NCBI GenBank assembly: GCA_045807285.1 | Contig: JBJMHR010000033.1 | Coordinates: forward strand, 66,792-130,791 | Origin: Actinomycetes bacterium | GTDB taxonomy: Bacteria > Actinomycetota > Actinomycetes > JAWWOW01 | Length of the DNA stretch: 64,000 nt | Direction of reading: 5' to 3' | Shown here: positions 37,522 through 48,181 of the stretch, one piece after another | Layout of the letters: the number at the start of each line of letters is the position of its first letter | Position numbering within the stretch: position 1 is the stretch's first letter | Translations under genes and position numbers: made by a program | Notes under the pieces: generated by a model | Told to the model about the DNA's origin: nothing | Database searches by the model: none | Seen by the model: the letters and a program-made list of their open reading frames with translations, nothing else

Positions 37522-37900
37522 GGCCGCGCGCTCTCGTGTCCTCGTCGTTGCGGCCGGGATCGTCGCGGCGGAGGGCGTGGCTTTGGTCGGTTTGTCGTTG
37601 TCGTACGTCGGTTTGATCCTCGCCGGTCATCCGCACAACCGGGGGCTCGCGCTGTTCGGCGCCGGCATCGGCCTGTTGTTCGGTGCCGGGCTCATCGTCG
37701 CGAGCCGCGCGTTGCGCGTTTCGCGGCGCGCGGCGTACTCACCGATCCTGCTGGCGCAGTTGATCGCGATCCCCGTTGGCATCGGACTCGTGCAGGGCGG
37801 CCGGACGCCTGTCGCGATCGCCGTCCTGGTGCCGAGTGCCGTCGTCCTCGCGCTGCTTGTCTTCACCCCCAGCGGACGCGCCGTCGTGTCGGGAGAGTGA
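37508..37900 (+). CDS. Hypothetical membrane protein
   Basis: 130 aa, four predicted TM helices. Confidence 0.4.
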   Translation: MMSDTAARSRVLVVAAGIVAAEGVALVGLSLSYVGLILAGHPHNRGLALFGAGIGLLFGAGLIVASRALRVSRRAAYSPILLAQLIAIPVGIGLVQGGRTPVAIAVLVPSAVVLALLVFTPSGRAVVSGE

Positions 37901-37902
37901 GC

Positions 37903-38754
37903 TCAGTCCTCGCGGAGGAGTCCCTCACGCAGCTGAGCGAGTGTGCGTGCAAGCAGGCGCGACACGTGCATCTGCGAGATGCCCAGTTGCGTCGCGATCT
38001 GTGACTGCGTCATGTTGCCGAAGAAACGCAGCATCAAGATCTTCTTCTCGCGCACCGGCAGCTCGTCGAGCAGTGGTTTGAGCGCCTCGCGGTACTCGAC
38101 CCGATCGAGCGCTTCGTCGTACTCGCCAAGAGTGTCGGAGACGGCGCCGCCGCCTTCGTCCGTGCCTTCCGGCGCGTCCAGCGAGACGGCCGCATAGGCG
38201 TTCGCGGACTCCAAGCCCTCGAGGACTTCTTCCTCGCTCATGCCGAGCCGTTCCGCGAGCTCGGCAACCGTCGGCGACCGGCCGAGCTGTTGTGAGAGCT
38301 CACCGGTGGTCTTGGTGAGTGCGAGCTTCAGCTCCTGCAGCCGGCGCGGCACCCGGATGGCCCAGCCCTTGTCGCGGAAGTGCCGTTTGATCTCGCCGAC
38401 GATCGTCGGCGTGGCGTAGGTCGAGAACTCGACGCCGCGCTCGGTGTCGAAGCGGTCGATCGACTTGATCAGACCGATCGTCGCGACCTGCACCAGATCG
38501 TCGAGTGGTTCGCCACGGTTGCGGAACCGGCGGGCGAGATACTCGACGAGCGGCATGTGCATGGCCACGAGCTCGTCCCGCATCCGCGCGCGCGTCGGAT
38601 CGCCTTCCGGCCTGTTTGCGAGCTCGACGAACAGCTCGCGGGCGTGCGCCCGGTCCGGCGACGTGCGCGTCGCCACGGCCTCGACATCGATCTCGACTTC
38701 CTTGGCCGGGGCCTCAGCGGGCTCGCCGCTACGCGGGGTGGGACTTTCGCTCAT
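37903..38754 (-). CDS. sigF: Group-3 sigma factor (SigF/SigB-like)
   Basis: Regions 2-4 present: LVEYLARRF, DLVQVATIGLIKSIDRFD and C-terminal HTH QSQIATQLGISQMHVSRL. Confidence 0.8.
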   Translation of the reverse strand: MSESPTPRSGEPAEAPAKEVEIDVEAVATRTSPDRAHARELFVELANRPEGDPTRARMRDELVAMHMPLVEYLARRFRNRGEPLDDLVQVATIGLIKSIDRFDTERGVEFSTYATPTIVGEIKRHFRDKGWAIRVPRRLQELKLALTKTTGELSQQLGRSPTVAELAERLGMSEEEVLEGLESANAYAAVSLDAPEGTDEGGGAVSDTLGEYDEALDRVEYREALKPLLDELPVREKKILMLRFFGNMTQSQIATQLGISQMHVSRLLARTLAQLREGLLRED

Positions 38755-39185
38755 GTCTCACCCGGGGGTTCGCCGTTCGCACCGCCACGCTGCTTGTGAA
38801 GCTCGATCGTCACCCGGTTCTCCGCGTCGACGTGTGCGTCAACGCCACCGGCGAGGGCGGTCAGGACTGTCCACGCGAAGGTGTCGCGCCGTGGCAGTAC
38901 GCCGTCGCGGCTCGCGACGGTGACCGCGATGCGCAACCCGTCGCCGTCGAGCTCGAAAGCACACGTGAGATCACTACCCGCCAAGGCACCAGCGAGGAGC
39001 AGGGCGCAGGCCTCGTCGACGGCCATACGCAAGTCCTCGATCTCGTCCAACGTGAAGTCGAGGCGGGCGGCAAGGCCGGCTGTCGCGGTCCGGAGAACGG
39101 CAAGGTAGGCGCCATTCGCCGGGATTCGCACGGTCACGACATCACGCAACGGCACGTCGAGTTCCGTCGCGGCATCGTGCGTCAT
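38751..39185 (-). CDS. Anti-sigma factor (RsbW/UsfX-type HATPase)
   Basis: 144 aa. GHKL-like IEDLRMAVDEACALLL. GGAGG RBS. Overlaps the sigF start (ATGA). Confidence 0.7.
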   Translation of the reverse strand: MTHDAATELDVPLRDVVTVRIPANGAYLAVLRTATAGLAARLDFTLDEIEDLRMAVDEACALLLAGALAGSDLTCAFELDGDGLRIAVTVASRDGVLPRRDTFAWTVLTALAGGVDAHVDAENRVTIELHKQRGGANGEPPGET

Positions 39186-39298
39186 CGAGCCTCCATGGGG
39201 GAGTGGCCACCCGCGGTTCCGGCGCGTCGCCCTGGCTACGAAACTATCTTGTGTCCGGGAACCGGCCATCTGGCCCTGTTGCGGTTCGGAGGTTTGCG

Positions 39299-41287
39299 AT
39301 GGCCGATCAGGGTTCCGGACCGTCTCGTCGGACGGTGCTACGCGCGACAGCACTCGGTGGCGCGGTCGTCGGGTTGGATGCCTTTCCCGCGCGGCGCGCC
39401 CTCGCCGCGCCGGGCCCGGCTGCACCGCAAGACACGACTCTCGCGCAGATCTTCTTCCACGAGGCGCGAGTCACCGCCAACAAGGGTTACGCGCGGATCG
39501 TCACCGAAGGCGGTGAAGCCACCTTTGTTCGGACCGACCTGGGCGCCAAGGCACACAAGGGGCGGGAGTCTCGCCGCCGCGCCCTGGTCGCGTTCGCGCA
39601 GCTGACCGACGTACACGTTGTTGACGCGCAGTCCCCCGGTCGGGTCGAGTTCCTTGACCGCTACAGCGACCAGCAGAACGCCAGCCCCGGCAACCTGTTC
39701 ACGGCTGCGTATCGCCCGCAGGAAATGCTGACGGCGCACGTCGCGGACGCAATCGTGCGGCGTATCAACGCAGTCAAGGTCGGCCCCGTGACGGGCCGCC
39801 GACTGACGTTCGCGATCTCCACCGGTGACAACGTCGACAACACGCAGCACAACGAGCTGCGATGGCTGATCGACGTCCTTGACGGTGGTCGCGTCGTGCC
39901 CGACTCGGGTGACCGGACGAAGTTCGAGGGTGTATGCGACGGGAACCCATCGTCGTACGACCTGCAGTACTGGCACCCGGATGGTCGGCCCGCGGGTCAG
40001 TCGCAAGACGACTACCCGCACGCGCAGTTCGGATATCCCAGGATCGCCGGCTTGCTCGACGCCTGCCGCCGGCCGTTCAACGCTGCCGGCCTGAACATCC
40101 CGTGGTACTCGGTCTTCGGCAACCATGACGGCCTGATCCAGGGCAACTTCCCGCGCACGCCGGGAATCGCGGCGACCCCGACCGGCTCGGTCAAGGTCAC
40201 CGGCATCACCACCGGCGAAGCCCAGTTGGAGAAGGCGTTGTTGAGCGGAGATCCCGCCGCGCTGGCAGCTGCCATGACGCCCGGCCCGGAGCGGACCGTC
40301 AGGGTGGTCAGCAGCGATCCGGACCGGCGTTTTCTCGACCGGGAGCAGACGATCCAGGAGCACTTCAAGACAACGAGCCATCCGGTGGGGCACGGTTTCA
40401 CCCAGCGCAATCTCGACGGCGGTGTCGCGTACTACACGTTCGACCTGCCGGGGAGCGCCGTGCCGATCCTCGGGATCGTGCTCGACACGGTGAACCCGAA
40501 CGGTTACTCGGAAGGCTCTCTCGACCAGACGCAGTTCGCGTGGCTCGAGCGCCAACTCGTCGCCGCGCATTCGCAGTATCTCGACGACAGCGGCAACATC
40601 GTGCGCGGTGGTGCCCGACAGGATCGCCTCGTGGTGTTGTTCAGTCACCACGCGATTCACTCGCTGAGCAACCCGATTCCGGGGCCGTTCGAGACCGGCG
40701 CTCGCGTGCAGGGTCCGGAAGTGCAAGCGCTCTTGTTGCGCTTCCCGAACGTCGTGCTGTGGGTCAACGGTCACAGTCACGTCAACGCGATCTACGCCCA
40801 TCCCCAGGCGAAGTCCGCGAAGCTTGGCGGCGGTTTCTGGGAGGCCAACACGGCGTCACATATCGACTGGCCGCAGCAGGCGCGGCTCGTGGAGATCGTC
40901 GACAACCGCGACGGCACGCTGTCGGTTTTCGGCACCATCATCGACTCCGCAGCTCCTGCGTCGTACGCCGGCCGGCTCGACGACACGACGCACCTGGCGG
41001 CACTGTCGCGGGAGCTCGCCGCGAACGACTGGCAGGAGCGTGACAACCATGACGCCCGGCGGGGAACTCTCGCCGATCGCAACGTCGAGTTGCTGGTGGC
41101 TGCGCCGTTCGACGTGTCTCGTTCCACGTCCGGCCATGACTCGACCGGTTCGCACGGCAGCACACTTGCGGCGACCGGTGGCGGGCGGCGCGAGGCGCTT
41201 GTCGGCGCCACACTCCTCGCCGGCGCGACCGTCGCAGGGATTGCTTCTCGCGGTGGTGCGGGCGGGCACCGAGCGTCGACGGAGTGA
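39299..41287 (+). CDS. Tat-secreted calcineurin-like metallophosphoesterase
   Basis: SRRTVLRATALGGAVVG Tat motif. Phosphoesterase metal ligands include TGDNVDN, GNHD and GHSH. Confidence 0.65.
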   Translation: MADQGSGPSRRTVLRATALGGAVVGLDAFPARRALAAPGPAAPQDTTLAQIFFHEARVTANKGYARIVTEGGEATFVRTDLGAKAHKGRESRRRALVAFAQLTDVHVVDAQSPGRVEFLDRYSDQQNASPGNLFTAAYRPQEMLTAHVADAIVRRINAVKVGPVTGRRLTFAISTGDNVDNTQHNELRWLIDVLDGGRVVPDSGDRTKFEGVCDGNPSSYDLQYWHPDGRPAGQSQDDYPHAQFGYPRIAGLLDACRRPFNAAGLNIPWYSVFGNHDGLIQGNFPRTPGIAATPTGSVKVTGITTGEAQLEKALLSGDPAALAAAMTPGPERTVRVVSSDPDRRFLDREQTIQEHFKTTSHPVGHGFTQRNLDGGVAYYTFDLPGSAVPILGIVLDTVNPNGYSEGSLDQTQFAWLERQLVAAHSQYLDDSGNIVRGGARQDRLVVLFSHHAIHSLSNPIPGPFETGARVQGPEVQALLLRFPNVVLWVNGHSHVNAIYAHPQAKSAKLGGGFWEANTASHIDWPQQARLVEIVDNRDGTLSVFGTIIDSAAPASYAGRLDDTTHLAALSRELAANDWQERDNHDARRGTLADRNVELLVAAPFDVSRSTSGHDSTGSHGSTLAATGGGRREALVGATLLAGATVAGIASRGGAGGHRASTE

Positions 41288-41733
41288 CCGCAGCGCATCC
41301 GTCTGCAGATCAGGGCCTTCGGCTTAGACGCCACGTTGTCCCGCCGGGTGCGATTGCTGCCGTAGCGGTCGGGGGTGCGCTGGGTGCGCCCGCGCGTTAC
41401 GTGCTCGGACGGGCTCTGCGCCCCGTGGCCGGCTTCCCTTTGGCCACGCTGGCGGTCAACCTGTCGGGTGCGCTGATCCTCGGCCTGCTCGTCGTGTTGC
41501 TCGGTGAGCGGATCACGCCGCGGCACTACGTGCGCCAGTTCTTCGGTACCGGTGTGCTGGGAGCGTTCACGACGTACTCGACGTTCGCCGTGGAAACGGA
41601 CCTTTTGGTGCGCCACGCGCACATCGGTGTTGCTGTCGGATACGTCGTCGCAACGATCGTCGGTGGCTTCGCCTGCGCAGCGGTTGGCGCGTGGGTAGCA
41701 CGGGTGATCCCGTTGCGTGGACGGGCCCGATGA
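41284..41733 (+). CDS. crcB: Fluoride ion channel CrcB/FEX subunit 1
   Basis: Small four-TM protein with AVGGALGAPARY and GAFTTYSTFAVE motifs. GTGA overlap with the upstream gene. Confidence 0.75.
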   Translation: MTAAHPSADQGLRLRRHVVPPGAIAAVAVGGALGAPARYVLGRALRPVAGFPLATLAVNLSGALILGLLVVLLGERITPRHYVRQFFGTGVLGAFTTYSTFAVETDLLVRHAHIGVAVGYVVATIVGGFACAAVGAWVARVIPLRGRAR

Positions 41734-42098
41734 CCGTCGTCTGGATCGCGCTTGCAGGTGCCGTTGGTGCACCCCTGCGCTACGTCGTCGACGCGCACGT
41801 CAACGAGACGATCCAGTCGAGGTTTCCGTGGGGGACCTTTGCCGTCAACGTGATGGGTTCGTTGGCGTTCGGGCTGCTCGTGGGGTTGCAGCACGACGGT
41901 CACCTCGCACCGCGAGCCGTCACGATCGCAGGCACCGGTTTATGCGGCGCGTTCACGACCTTCTCCACGCACGCCGTTGAATCCGTCTTGCTGGTCGAGG
42001 ACGGCGAGCGTCGGCTCGCGGCGTACAACATCGTCAGCACACTGCTGACGTGCTTGTGCGCGGCGGCGGTGGGATTCGGGCTGGCTGCTCTCGGCTGA
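41730..42098 (+). CDS. crcB: Fluoride ion channel CrcB/FEX subunit 2
   Basis: AGAVGAPLRY and GAFTTFSTHAVE motifs. ATGA overlap with crcB1. Confidence 0.75.
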   Translation: MTVVWIALAGAVGAPLRYVVDAHVNETIQSRFPWGTFAVNVMGSLAFGLLVGLQHDGHLAPRAVTIAGTGLCGAFTTFSTHAVESVLLVEDGERRLAAYNIVSTLLTCLCAAAVGFGLAALG

Positions 42099-42100
42099 GG

Positions 42101-42922
42101 TCAGGTCGGGAGCCATGACACGTGGCCGACCAGCTCGACGTACCCGACGAACGCGACGGCGTCGATCAGTGTGTGGGCGATGATCAGCGGCATCACGCGG
42201 CCCCATCGCTGGTAGAGCCAACCGAAGACAACGCCGAGTACGGCGTTGCCCAGGAAGCCTCCGAAGCCTTGGTAGAGGTGGTAGGAACCGCGGAGCCCCG
42301 CTGACAGCGCGAGTGCCTTGTTATTGCTCCAGCCGAGCTGGCGAAGCCGATGCAGAAGGTACGCCGCCACTACGACCTCTTCGAGGATCGCGTTCTGCGC
42401 AGCCGACAGAACCAGGATCGGATCCCGCCACCACACCGGCGCCAAGTTGGACACCACAACCGTCAAAGCGATGCCCAGTGCGTGCGCGATCAGGTAGAGC
42501 GCGAGGCCGGCGCCGCCGATGACAGCGGCGAGGAGGGCGCCGGAACTGATGTCGAAACGCGGCTGGCGACCGTCGAGCCCGATGGTGCGGTTCGACTCAC
42601 CGGACCGGAACAGCAAGTAGACGACCAACGCGGCCGGCATCACGCCACTGATGACGTCGAGAATCTGATAGGCGAGATCGACCCACGGCCGGCTCGAATG
42701 AGATCCGACCAGCGCTCCGGTGGCTTGGTGGTTGAGCGCAACGTGCCTGGTCAGGTCGGCGACGATGTCGACGTACGCATACAGCGCCGACATGCCGAGT
42801 GACAGCCCGAGGACAACGAAGATCTCTGCCTTGAGCAACCGTCGGTTGACGGTGGGCAGCTGGGTCAGGGCGATCCCGCGAGCGCGCGCAAGGCCGGCCC
42901 GGAAACCCGATGAACTGTCCAT
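42101..42922 (-). CDS. CPBP (CAAX/Abi) family intramembrane metalloprotease
   Basis: EEVVVAAY and H..ID motifs on TM helices. Start uncertain: 42922 would overlap the upstream GNAT gene by 58 nt. Confidence 0.6.
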   Translation of the reverse strand: MDSSSGFRAGLARARGIALTQLPTVNRRLLKAEIFVVLGLSLGMSALYAYVDIVADLTRHVALNHQATGALVGSHSSRPWVDLAYQILDVISGVMPAALVVYLLFRSGESNRTIGLDGRQPRFDISSGALLAAVIGGAGLALYLIAHALGIALTVVVSNLAPVWWRDPILVLSAAQNAILEEVVVAAYLLHRLRQLGWSNNKALALSAGLRGSYHLYQGFGGFLGNAVLGVVFGWLYQRWGRVMPLIIAHTLIDAVAFVGYVELVGHVSWLPT

Positions 42923-43338
42923 TCGTCCTGTGCGACGGCGCCGATTGATTGGTAGAAGGCTATGGCTGGCTCGTTCCAGTCGAGCACGGCCCACTCCAAC
43001 CGGCCGTAGCCGCGGTCGACACACACGCGCGCGAGTGTCTCGAGCAACGCGCGACCAATGCCAGCGCGGCGTTGCTCCGGCCGGACGTAGAGGTCCTCGA
43101 GGTAGACACCGTGCACGCCGAGCCAGGTCGAGAAGTTCACGAACCACAGCGCCATACCGACGACCTCACCGTCGACTTCGGCGACGTGGCAGAACGCAGC
43201 AGGCGACGCTCCGAAGAGTGCCGCCTGCAGTCGTTCCGGTGTCAGCTGCACTTTGTCAGCCGCGCGTTCGTACGTCGCGAGCTCGTGGACGAGCCCGACG
43301 ATCGCTGTCACGTCTTCCGGCTCGGCGAAACGGATCAC
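42865..43338 (-). CDS. GNAT family N-acetyltransferase
   Basis: The RRAGIGRALLE acetyl-CoA motif within a GNAT fold. Confidence 0.65.
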   Translation of the reverse strand: MIRFAEPEDVTAIVGLVHELATYERAADKVQLTPERLQAALFGASPAAFCHVAEVDGEVVGMALWFVNFSTWLGVHGVYLEDLYVRPEQRRAGIGRALLETLARVCVDRGYGRLEWAVLDWNEPAIAFYQSIGAVAQDEWTVHRVSGPALRALAGSP

Positions 43339-43354
43339 GATCGGCGAAGGAAGG

Positions 43355-43750
43355 TCAGCCCTTCTTCGTCTCCCAGAAGATTTTCGCGATCTCGTCGATC
43401 TGGTCGAGCAGCTTCTGCACGTCGCCGGGGTCGACACTGCCCTTGCCGCCGGCCGCGCCCGCGGCCTTGGTCGCGTCGTTGAAGAGCTGGTGCAGCTGGG
43501 GGTACTTCTCGAAGTGCGGGGGCTTGAAGTAGTCGGTCCACAGCACCCACAGGTGGTGCTTGACCAGCTCAGCCCGCTGCTCCTTGATGAGCAGGGCTCG
43601 CGTCCGGAACACCGGGTCCTCATTGCCCTGGTACTTCTCGCAGATCGCCTTGACCGACTCAGCCTCGATACGGGCTTGTGCAGGGTCGTAGACGCCGCAC
43701 GGCAGGTCACAGTGTGCGTGGGCAACCGTCTTCGGGTGCAACAGGCTCAT
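43355..43750 (-). CDS. sodN: Nickel superoxide dismutase precursor
   Basis: MSLLHPKTVAHA leader followed by the Ni-hook HCDLPCGVYDP. AAAGGA RBS. Confidence 0.9.
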   Translation of the reverse strand: MSLLHPKTVAHAHCDLPCGVYDPAQARIEAESVKAICEKYQGNEDPVFRTRALLIKEQRAELVKHHLWVLWTDYFKPPHFEKYPQLHQLFNDATKAAGAAGGKGSVDPGDVQKLLDQIDEIAKIFWETKKG

Positions 43751-43778
43751 CAGGGTCCTTTCGGTCGTCGGTTCCGCA

Positions 43779-44126
43779 ATGCATAGATCCGTGTCGGACA
43801 CTACCCCCGTGTCGCTTCCGCTCACCGTGGCCGTCGTGGCCGGTGCCTCCATGCAACCGCACCTGTACGCCGGCGACTGCGTGTTGGTTCGGCGTGGAAG
43901 GCGGGCCCGAGTTGGCGACGTCGTACTCCTGCGACGACCGGACCATCCTGACCTGCTCGTGGTGAAGCGGGTACGGTAGGTGATGAGTGACGGCCGGCTG
44001 TGGTTGGCCGGTGACAACCCGTCGGCCAGCGACGACAGCCGGCTCTTCGGGGCGGTGCCCGTGACCGCGGTCGAAGGCCGCGTCCTCTGGCGCTACTCGC
44101 CGCTCTTCCGCGCCGGCCGTGGCTAG
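43779..44126 (+). pseudogene. sodX: NiSOD maturation peptidase SodX (S26 signal-peptidase family) interrupted by an in-frame TAG
   Basis: Catalytic Ser box GASMQP and Lys box VVKRV precede the TAG at 43977-43979. In the same frame downstream come GDNPSASDDSRLFG (S26 box E) and a TAG at 44124-44126. Confidence 0.6.
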
Positions 44127-44136
44127 TCCGGGCTGC

Positions 44137-44901
44137 TCAGAGCACCTTCGACAGGAACGCCTTCGTGCGTTCGTGCCGGGGGCTGGTCAGGACTTCGCGT
44201 GGATGGCCGGCTTCGACGACCAGGCCGAGGTCCATGAACACCAGCCGGTCGCCGACTTCGCGAGCGAAGCCCATCTCGTGCGTGACCACGATCATCGTCA
44301 TGCCGTCATTCGCAAGGCCGCGCATGACATCGAGCACGTCGCCGACGAGCTCAGGGTCTAGTGCTGATGTCGGTTCGTCGAAAAGCATGAGTTTTGGTTG
44401 CATGGCGAGCGCGCGCGCGATCGCGACTCGTTGCTGCTCACCGCCGGAGAGCTGGTTCGGGTGCGCCGTCGCCTTGTGCGCGAGCCCAGTGCGTTCCAGC
44501 ATCGCCAGCGCGCGTGTGCGGACAGCGTCTTTGCTCTCCCGGCGTACGCGGACCGGCGCCTCCATGACGTTCTCCAGGGCCGTCATGTGCGGGAACAGGT
44601 TGAACCGCTGGAACACCATCCCGATCTCGGCGCGCTTGCGGGCCACTTCGCTGTCGCGAAGCTCATAGAGCTTGCCGCCCTGCTGCCGGTAGCCGACGAG
44701 CTCGCCGTCGACGTACAGGCGCCCGGCAGTGACTTTCTCCAGGTGGTTGATGCACCGGAGGAACGTGCTCTTACCGGACCCGGACGGCCCGATGATGCAC
44801 ATGACCTCACCCGGCTGGACATCGAGGTCGATGCCGCGGAGCGCGTCGTACCTACCGAAGCGCTTGCGGACACCTTCGGCTTTCACCATCGGCTGCGTCA
44901 T
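44137..44901 (-). CDS. glnQ: Polar amino acid ABC transporter ATP-binding protein (GlnQ-like)
   Basis: GPSGSGKST Walker [16 protein letters not shown], and [10 protein letters not shown]. Confidence 0.85.
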   Translation of the reverse strand: MTQPMVKAEGVRKRFGRYDALRGIDLDVQPGEVMCIIGPSGSGKSTFLRCINHLEKVTAGRLYVDGELVGYRQQGGKLYELRDSEVARKRAEIGMVFQRFNLFPHMTALENVMEAPVRVRRESKDAVRTRALAMLERTGLAHKATAHPNQLSGGEQQRVAIARALAMQPKLMLFDEPTSALDPELVGDVLDVMRGLANDGMTMIVVTHEMGFAREVGDRLVFMDLGLVVEAGHPREVLTSPRHERTKAFLSKVL

Positions 44902-45872
44902 CGGTGTTCCTGCCCGAGTGACAACAGAGTCGACGCTGAAATCTCTGTGGGTCGGCCGCGTAGTCGGGCACGCAGTCGCTGCATCGGAGTCGGCGGCAGC
45001 TCCCGGGTTGTGCCACGCGCGAAGCGGCGCTCGAGGAAGTACTGCCCCACGGTCAGCACTGACGTCATGAACAGGTACCACAGGCTGGCGACGATCAGCA
45101 GTGGGATCGTCTCGAACGTGCGGGCGTAGATGATCTGCGTCGTCGTGAGCAGCTCGCTGTACCCGATGGCGAAGACGAGTGAGGTCGTCTTCAGCATCGA
45201 GATCGTCTCGTTGCCCGTCGGCGGGATGATCACGCGCATCGCCTGCGGCAGCACGATCCGGCGCATGGTGAGCAGCCGGGACATTCCGAGCGCAGCCGCC
45301 GCTTCGGTCTGCCCTTCGTCGACCGACAAGATCCCGGCGCGCGCGATCTCCGCCATGTACGCCGCTTCGTTGAGGCCGAGCCCCAGGGCTGCCGCGATGA
45401 ACTGTGTGATCAGGGTCTTCGGGTCGGTGTGGAACCACGAAGGTCCGAAGGGCACACCCAGCGAAACCGACTTCAACACTGTTGGCAGGAAGAACCAGAA
45501 CAGCACCTGGACGAGCACCGGCGTACCGCGGAAGAACCAGATGTAGACCCAGGCGACTGCCGACAAGACCGGGTTCGGCGAGAGTCGCATGACGGCGAGC
45601 ACCAAACCGAGCGTGATGCCGATAGCCATGGAGATCGCTGTGAGGATCAGCGTGCTGGTTACGCCGCGAAGGATCGCGCTATCGAACAGGTAGTGCCCGA
45701 CGGTGCGCCAATGCAATGCGGGTGTCGCGACGATCCAGTGGGCGAACATCGCGACGAGCACGAGCACGATGAGGGCAGCAACCCATCGGCCCGGATGCCG
45801 GACCTGTACCGCCTCGATCGACGCGGCGGCGTCGCGGTGGATCTCGTCGCCGGTCGCGGCCTTCCCGGGCAC
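44898..45872 (-). CDS. Amino acid ABC transporter permease
   Basis: The EAA-like loop ([32 protein letters not shown]) within TM segments. ATGA overlap with glnQ. Confidence 0.8.
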   Translation of the reverse strand: MPGKAATGDEIHRDAAASIEAVQVRHPGRWVAALIVLVLVAMFAHWIVATPALHWRTVGHYLFDSAILRGVTSTLILTAISMAIGITLGLVLAVMRLSPNPVLSAVAWVYIWFFRGTPVLVQVLFWFFLPTVLKSVSLGVPFGPSWFHTDPKTLITQFIAAALGLGLNEAAYMAEIARAGILSVDEGQTEAAAALGMSRLLTMRRIVLPQAMRVIIPPTGNETISMLKTTSLVFAIGYSELLTTTQIIYARTFETIPLLIVASLWYLFMTSVLTVGQYFLERRFARGTTRELPPTPMQRLRARLRGRPTEISASTLLSLGQEHR

Positions 45873-45882
45873 GGGTTGCTCG

Positions 45883-46809
45883 TTAGCTCACGGCACCGTT
45901 GATGACCGGGTTACTGATGGCGCCCGCCTGGATGCCCCACTTGGTGAGGATCTGCTGGTACGTCCCGTCGGCCATGAGCTTTTTGAGCGCGTCCAGGACG
46001 GCTTTGTCGAGCCCGGTGTACGACGCGCCCTTCGGCACAGCGATCCCGTACGGCGCAGTGCCATATTTCGGGCCGGCCAGCTTGAACTGACCGTTCGACT
46101 TCTTCACGAGGTAGTCGTTGACGGGGCTGTCCGCGAGCAGGACGTTCGCGCGGCCGCTGGACAAGGCAAGGTTCACGCCGTTCTCGTCCGGATAGGGCTG
46201 CACCGTGACCTTCTTCTTGCCGGCCTGCGTGCACTTCGCGCTCTGGGCTGTCGCGTCATCGAGCTGGGTCGTGCCTTTCTCGACCGCAACGCTGAGCCCG
46301 CACAAGCTGTCGAGCCCAGTGATGGTGACCTTGCTGGACGACTGGACCACGAACGAAGTGGCGGCGGAGAAGTAGGTCACCATGCTGACCTGCTGCTCGC
46401 GCTTCTTGTTGTCCGTGAACGAGGACATGCCGAGGTCGTAGCGGCTGCCGAGGTTGGGGATGATGCTGTCGAAGCTGACGTTCGCGAACGTGAACGGGAG
46501 GCCGAGCACCTGCCCGAGTGAATGCCCAAGATCGGCGTCCATGCCGACAATCGTCTTGTTGTCGGGGCCGAAGAACTCGTTGGGTGGGTATGACGCGTCC
46601 GTGGCGACGGTCAGCTGGCCCTTCGAGCGCAGGGCAGACGGCACTTCTGCCGCGATGGTCGCGTCCTTGGCCGAGGACGCTGACGGCGTCGTGCTCGCAC
46701 CGGAACTGCCGCCGCCGCTCCTGCCGCAGGCGGTGACCAGAGTCAGTGCCACGGCAGCGCTCAGCGCCCCGACGGTTGCTCGCCTGGCTCGACCGGTCCG
46801 TCCCGACAT
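45883..46809 (-). CDS. Amino acid ABC transporter substrate-binding lipoprotein
   Basis: Signal and lipobox (LTLVTACG). Periplasmic binding fold. GGAGG RBS. Confidence 0.75.
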   Translation of the reverse strand: MSGRTGRARRATVGALSAAVALTLVTACGRSGGGSSGASTTPSASSAKDATIAAEVPSALRSKGQLTVATDASYPPNEFFGPDNKTIVGMDADLGHSLGQVLGLPFTFANVSFDSIIPNLGSRYDLGMSSFTDNKKREQQVSMVTYFSAATSFVVQSSSKVTITGLDSLCGLSVAVEKGTTQLDDATAQSAKCTQAGKKKVTVQPYPDENGVNLALSSGRANVLLADSPVNDYLVKKSNGQFKLAGPKYGTAPYGIAVPKGASYTGLDKAVLDALKKLMADGTYQQILTKWGIQAGAISNPVINGAVS

Positions 46810-46979
46810 GCAGTCCTCCTCCGCGTTCAAGCAGCCACATCCTGCACTTATGCGATCATGTCGGGGCGGGAGACCCCCGAGCAGACGCGCCGTGTCGCGT
46901 GACCACAGCCGAAACCCTGCTGTCCGCAACGACCCCTGGCTGCACCCGTTCATTGCTGCTGTCGAGGAGACCGCCCCAA

Positions 46980-48158
46980 ATGGCCGCTGACCCGCTTCCC
47001 CCGCTGGCCGACGACCCTGTGTTCGCGCTGCACCGTGGCGGCAAGGTCGCTGTCACGGCAACGGTTCCACTGCGGGACCGTAGTGATCTGTCACTTGCTT
47101 ACACGCCGGGCGTCGCACGTGTCTGTACGGCGATCGCCGAGGACCCGGACCTCGTCTACGACTACACATGGAAGGCCTCGAGCGTCGCGATTGTCACGGA
47201 CGGCACAGCGGTCCTGGGTCTCGGCGACATCGGGCCGGCAGCGGCGCTTCCGGTGATGGAAGGCAAGGCGCTGCTGTTCAAGCATTTCGGCGACGTCGAC
47301 GCCGTGCCTATCTGCTTGGACTGCACCGACGTCGACGAGATCGTCGAGACAGTGGTCCGGCTCGCCCCGGCGTTCGGCGGCATCAACCTCGAGGACATCT
47401 CGGCACCGCGCTGCTTCGAGATCGAACGGCAGCTTCAGCAGCGGCTCGACATACCCGTCTTCCACGACGACCAGCACGGCACCGCGATCGTTGTTCTTGC
47501 CGCATTGCGCAACGCGGCACGGATCACCGGCCGGGCGCTGCCTGATCTTCGCGTCGTCGTCTCCGGCGCGGGTGCGGCCGGGGTAGCAGTCACGCGCATC
47601 CTGCTCGAAGCCGGTATCGGCGACATCGCCGTGGCCGACAGTCGCGGCATCGTGCATCCGGCTCGGGACGGCCTGACCGAGGTCAAGCGCCACCTGGCGC
47701 AGACGACGAACAGATCCGCGTTCACCGGCAGCCTTGTCGGTGCGCTCGCCGGAGCCGACGTCTTCGTCGGCGTCTCCACCGGGCTCGTGCCCGAAGCCGC
47801 GGTCGCCGCGATGGCCCCGGACGCGATTGTGTTTGCACTCGCCAACCCCGAACCAGAGGTCCACCCGGACATCGCCCGCCGCTATGCGCGCGTCGTGGCG
47901 ACCGGCCGCAGTGACTACCCGAACCAGATCAACAACGTGCTCGCCTTCCCTGGTGTCTTTCAGGGCGCCTTGCAGGTGCGCGCGCGGGCCGTCACCGAGG
48001 GCATGAAACTGGCGGCAGCCACAGCGTTGGCCGACGTCATCGCAGGCGAACTGACGGAGGACTGCGTCATCCCCAGCGTGTTCGACGAGCGCGTCGCCCC
48101 GGCTGTCGCCGAAGCCGTGGCCGCAGCAGCGCGCAATGAAGGCGTGGCACGTCGGTAG
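46980..48158 (+). CDS. NAD(P)-dependent malic enzyme
   Basis: [27 protein letters not shown] and GAGAAG are malic enzyme motifs. 392 aa. Confidence 0.8.
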   Translation: MAADPLPPLADDPVFALHRGGKVAVTATVPLRDRSDLSLAYTPGVARVCTAIAEDPDLVYDYTWKASSVAIVTDGTAVLGLGDIGPAAALPVMEGKALLFKHFGDVDAVPICLDCTDVDEIVETVVRLAPAFGGINLEDISAPRCFEIERQLQQRLDIPVFHDDQHGTAIVVLAALRNAARITGRALPDLRVVVSGAGAAGVAVTRILLEAGIGDIAVADSRGIVHPARDGLTEVKRHLAQTTNRSAFTGSLVGALAGADVFVGVSTGLVPEAAVAAMAPDAIVFALANPEPEVHPDIARRYARVVATGRSDYPNQINNVLAFPGVFQGALQVRARAVTEGMKLAAATALADVIAGELTEDCVIPSVFDERVAPAVAEAVAAAARNEGVARR

Positions 48159-48181
48159 CGAGCACTGACCGTTGACCTAAA

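Noticed and set aside
41200-41290. Fluoride riboswitch upstream of crcB
   Set aside because: The crcB start codon overlaps the stop of the phosphoesterase gene, leaving no leader for a crcB-motif RNA.
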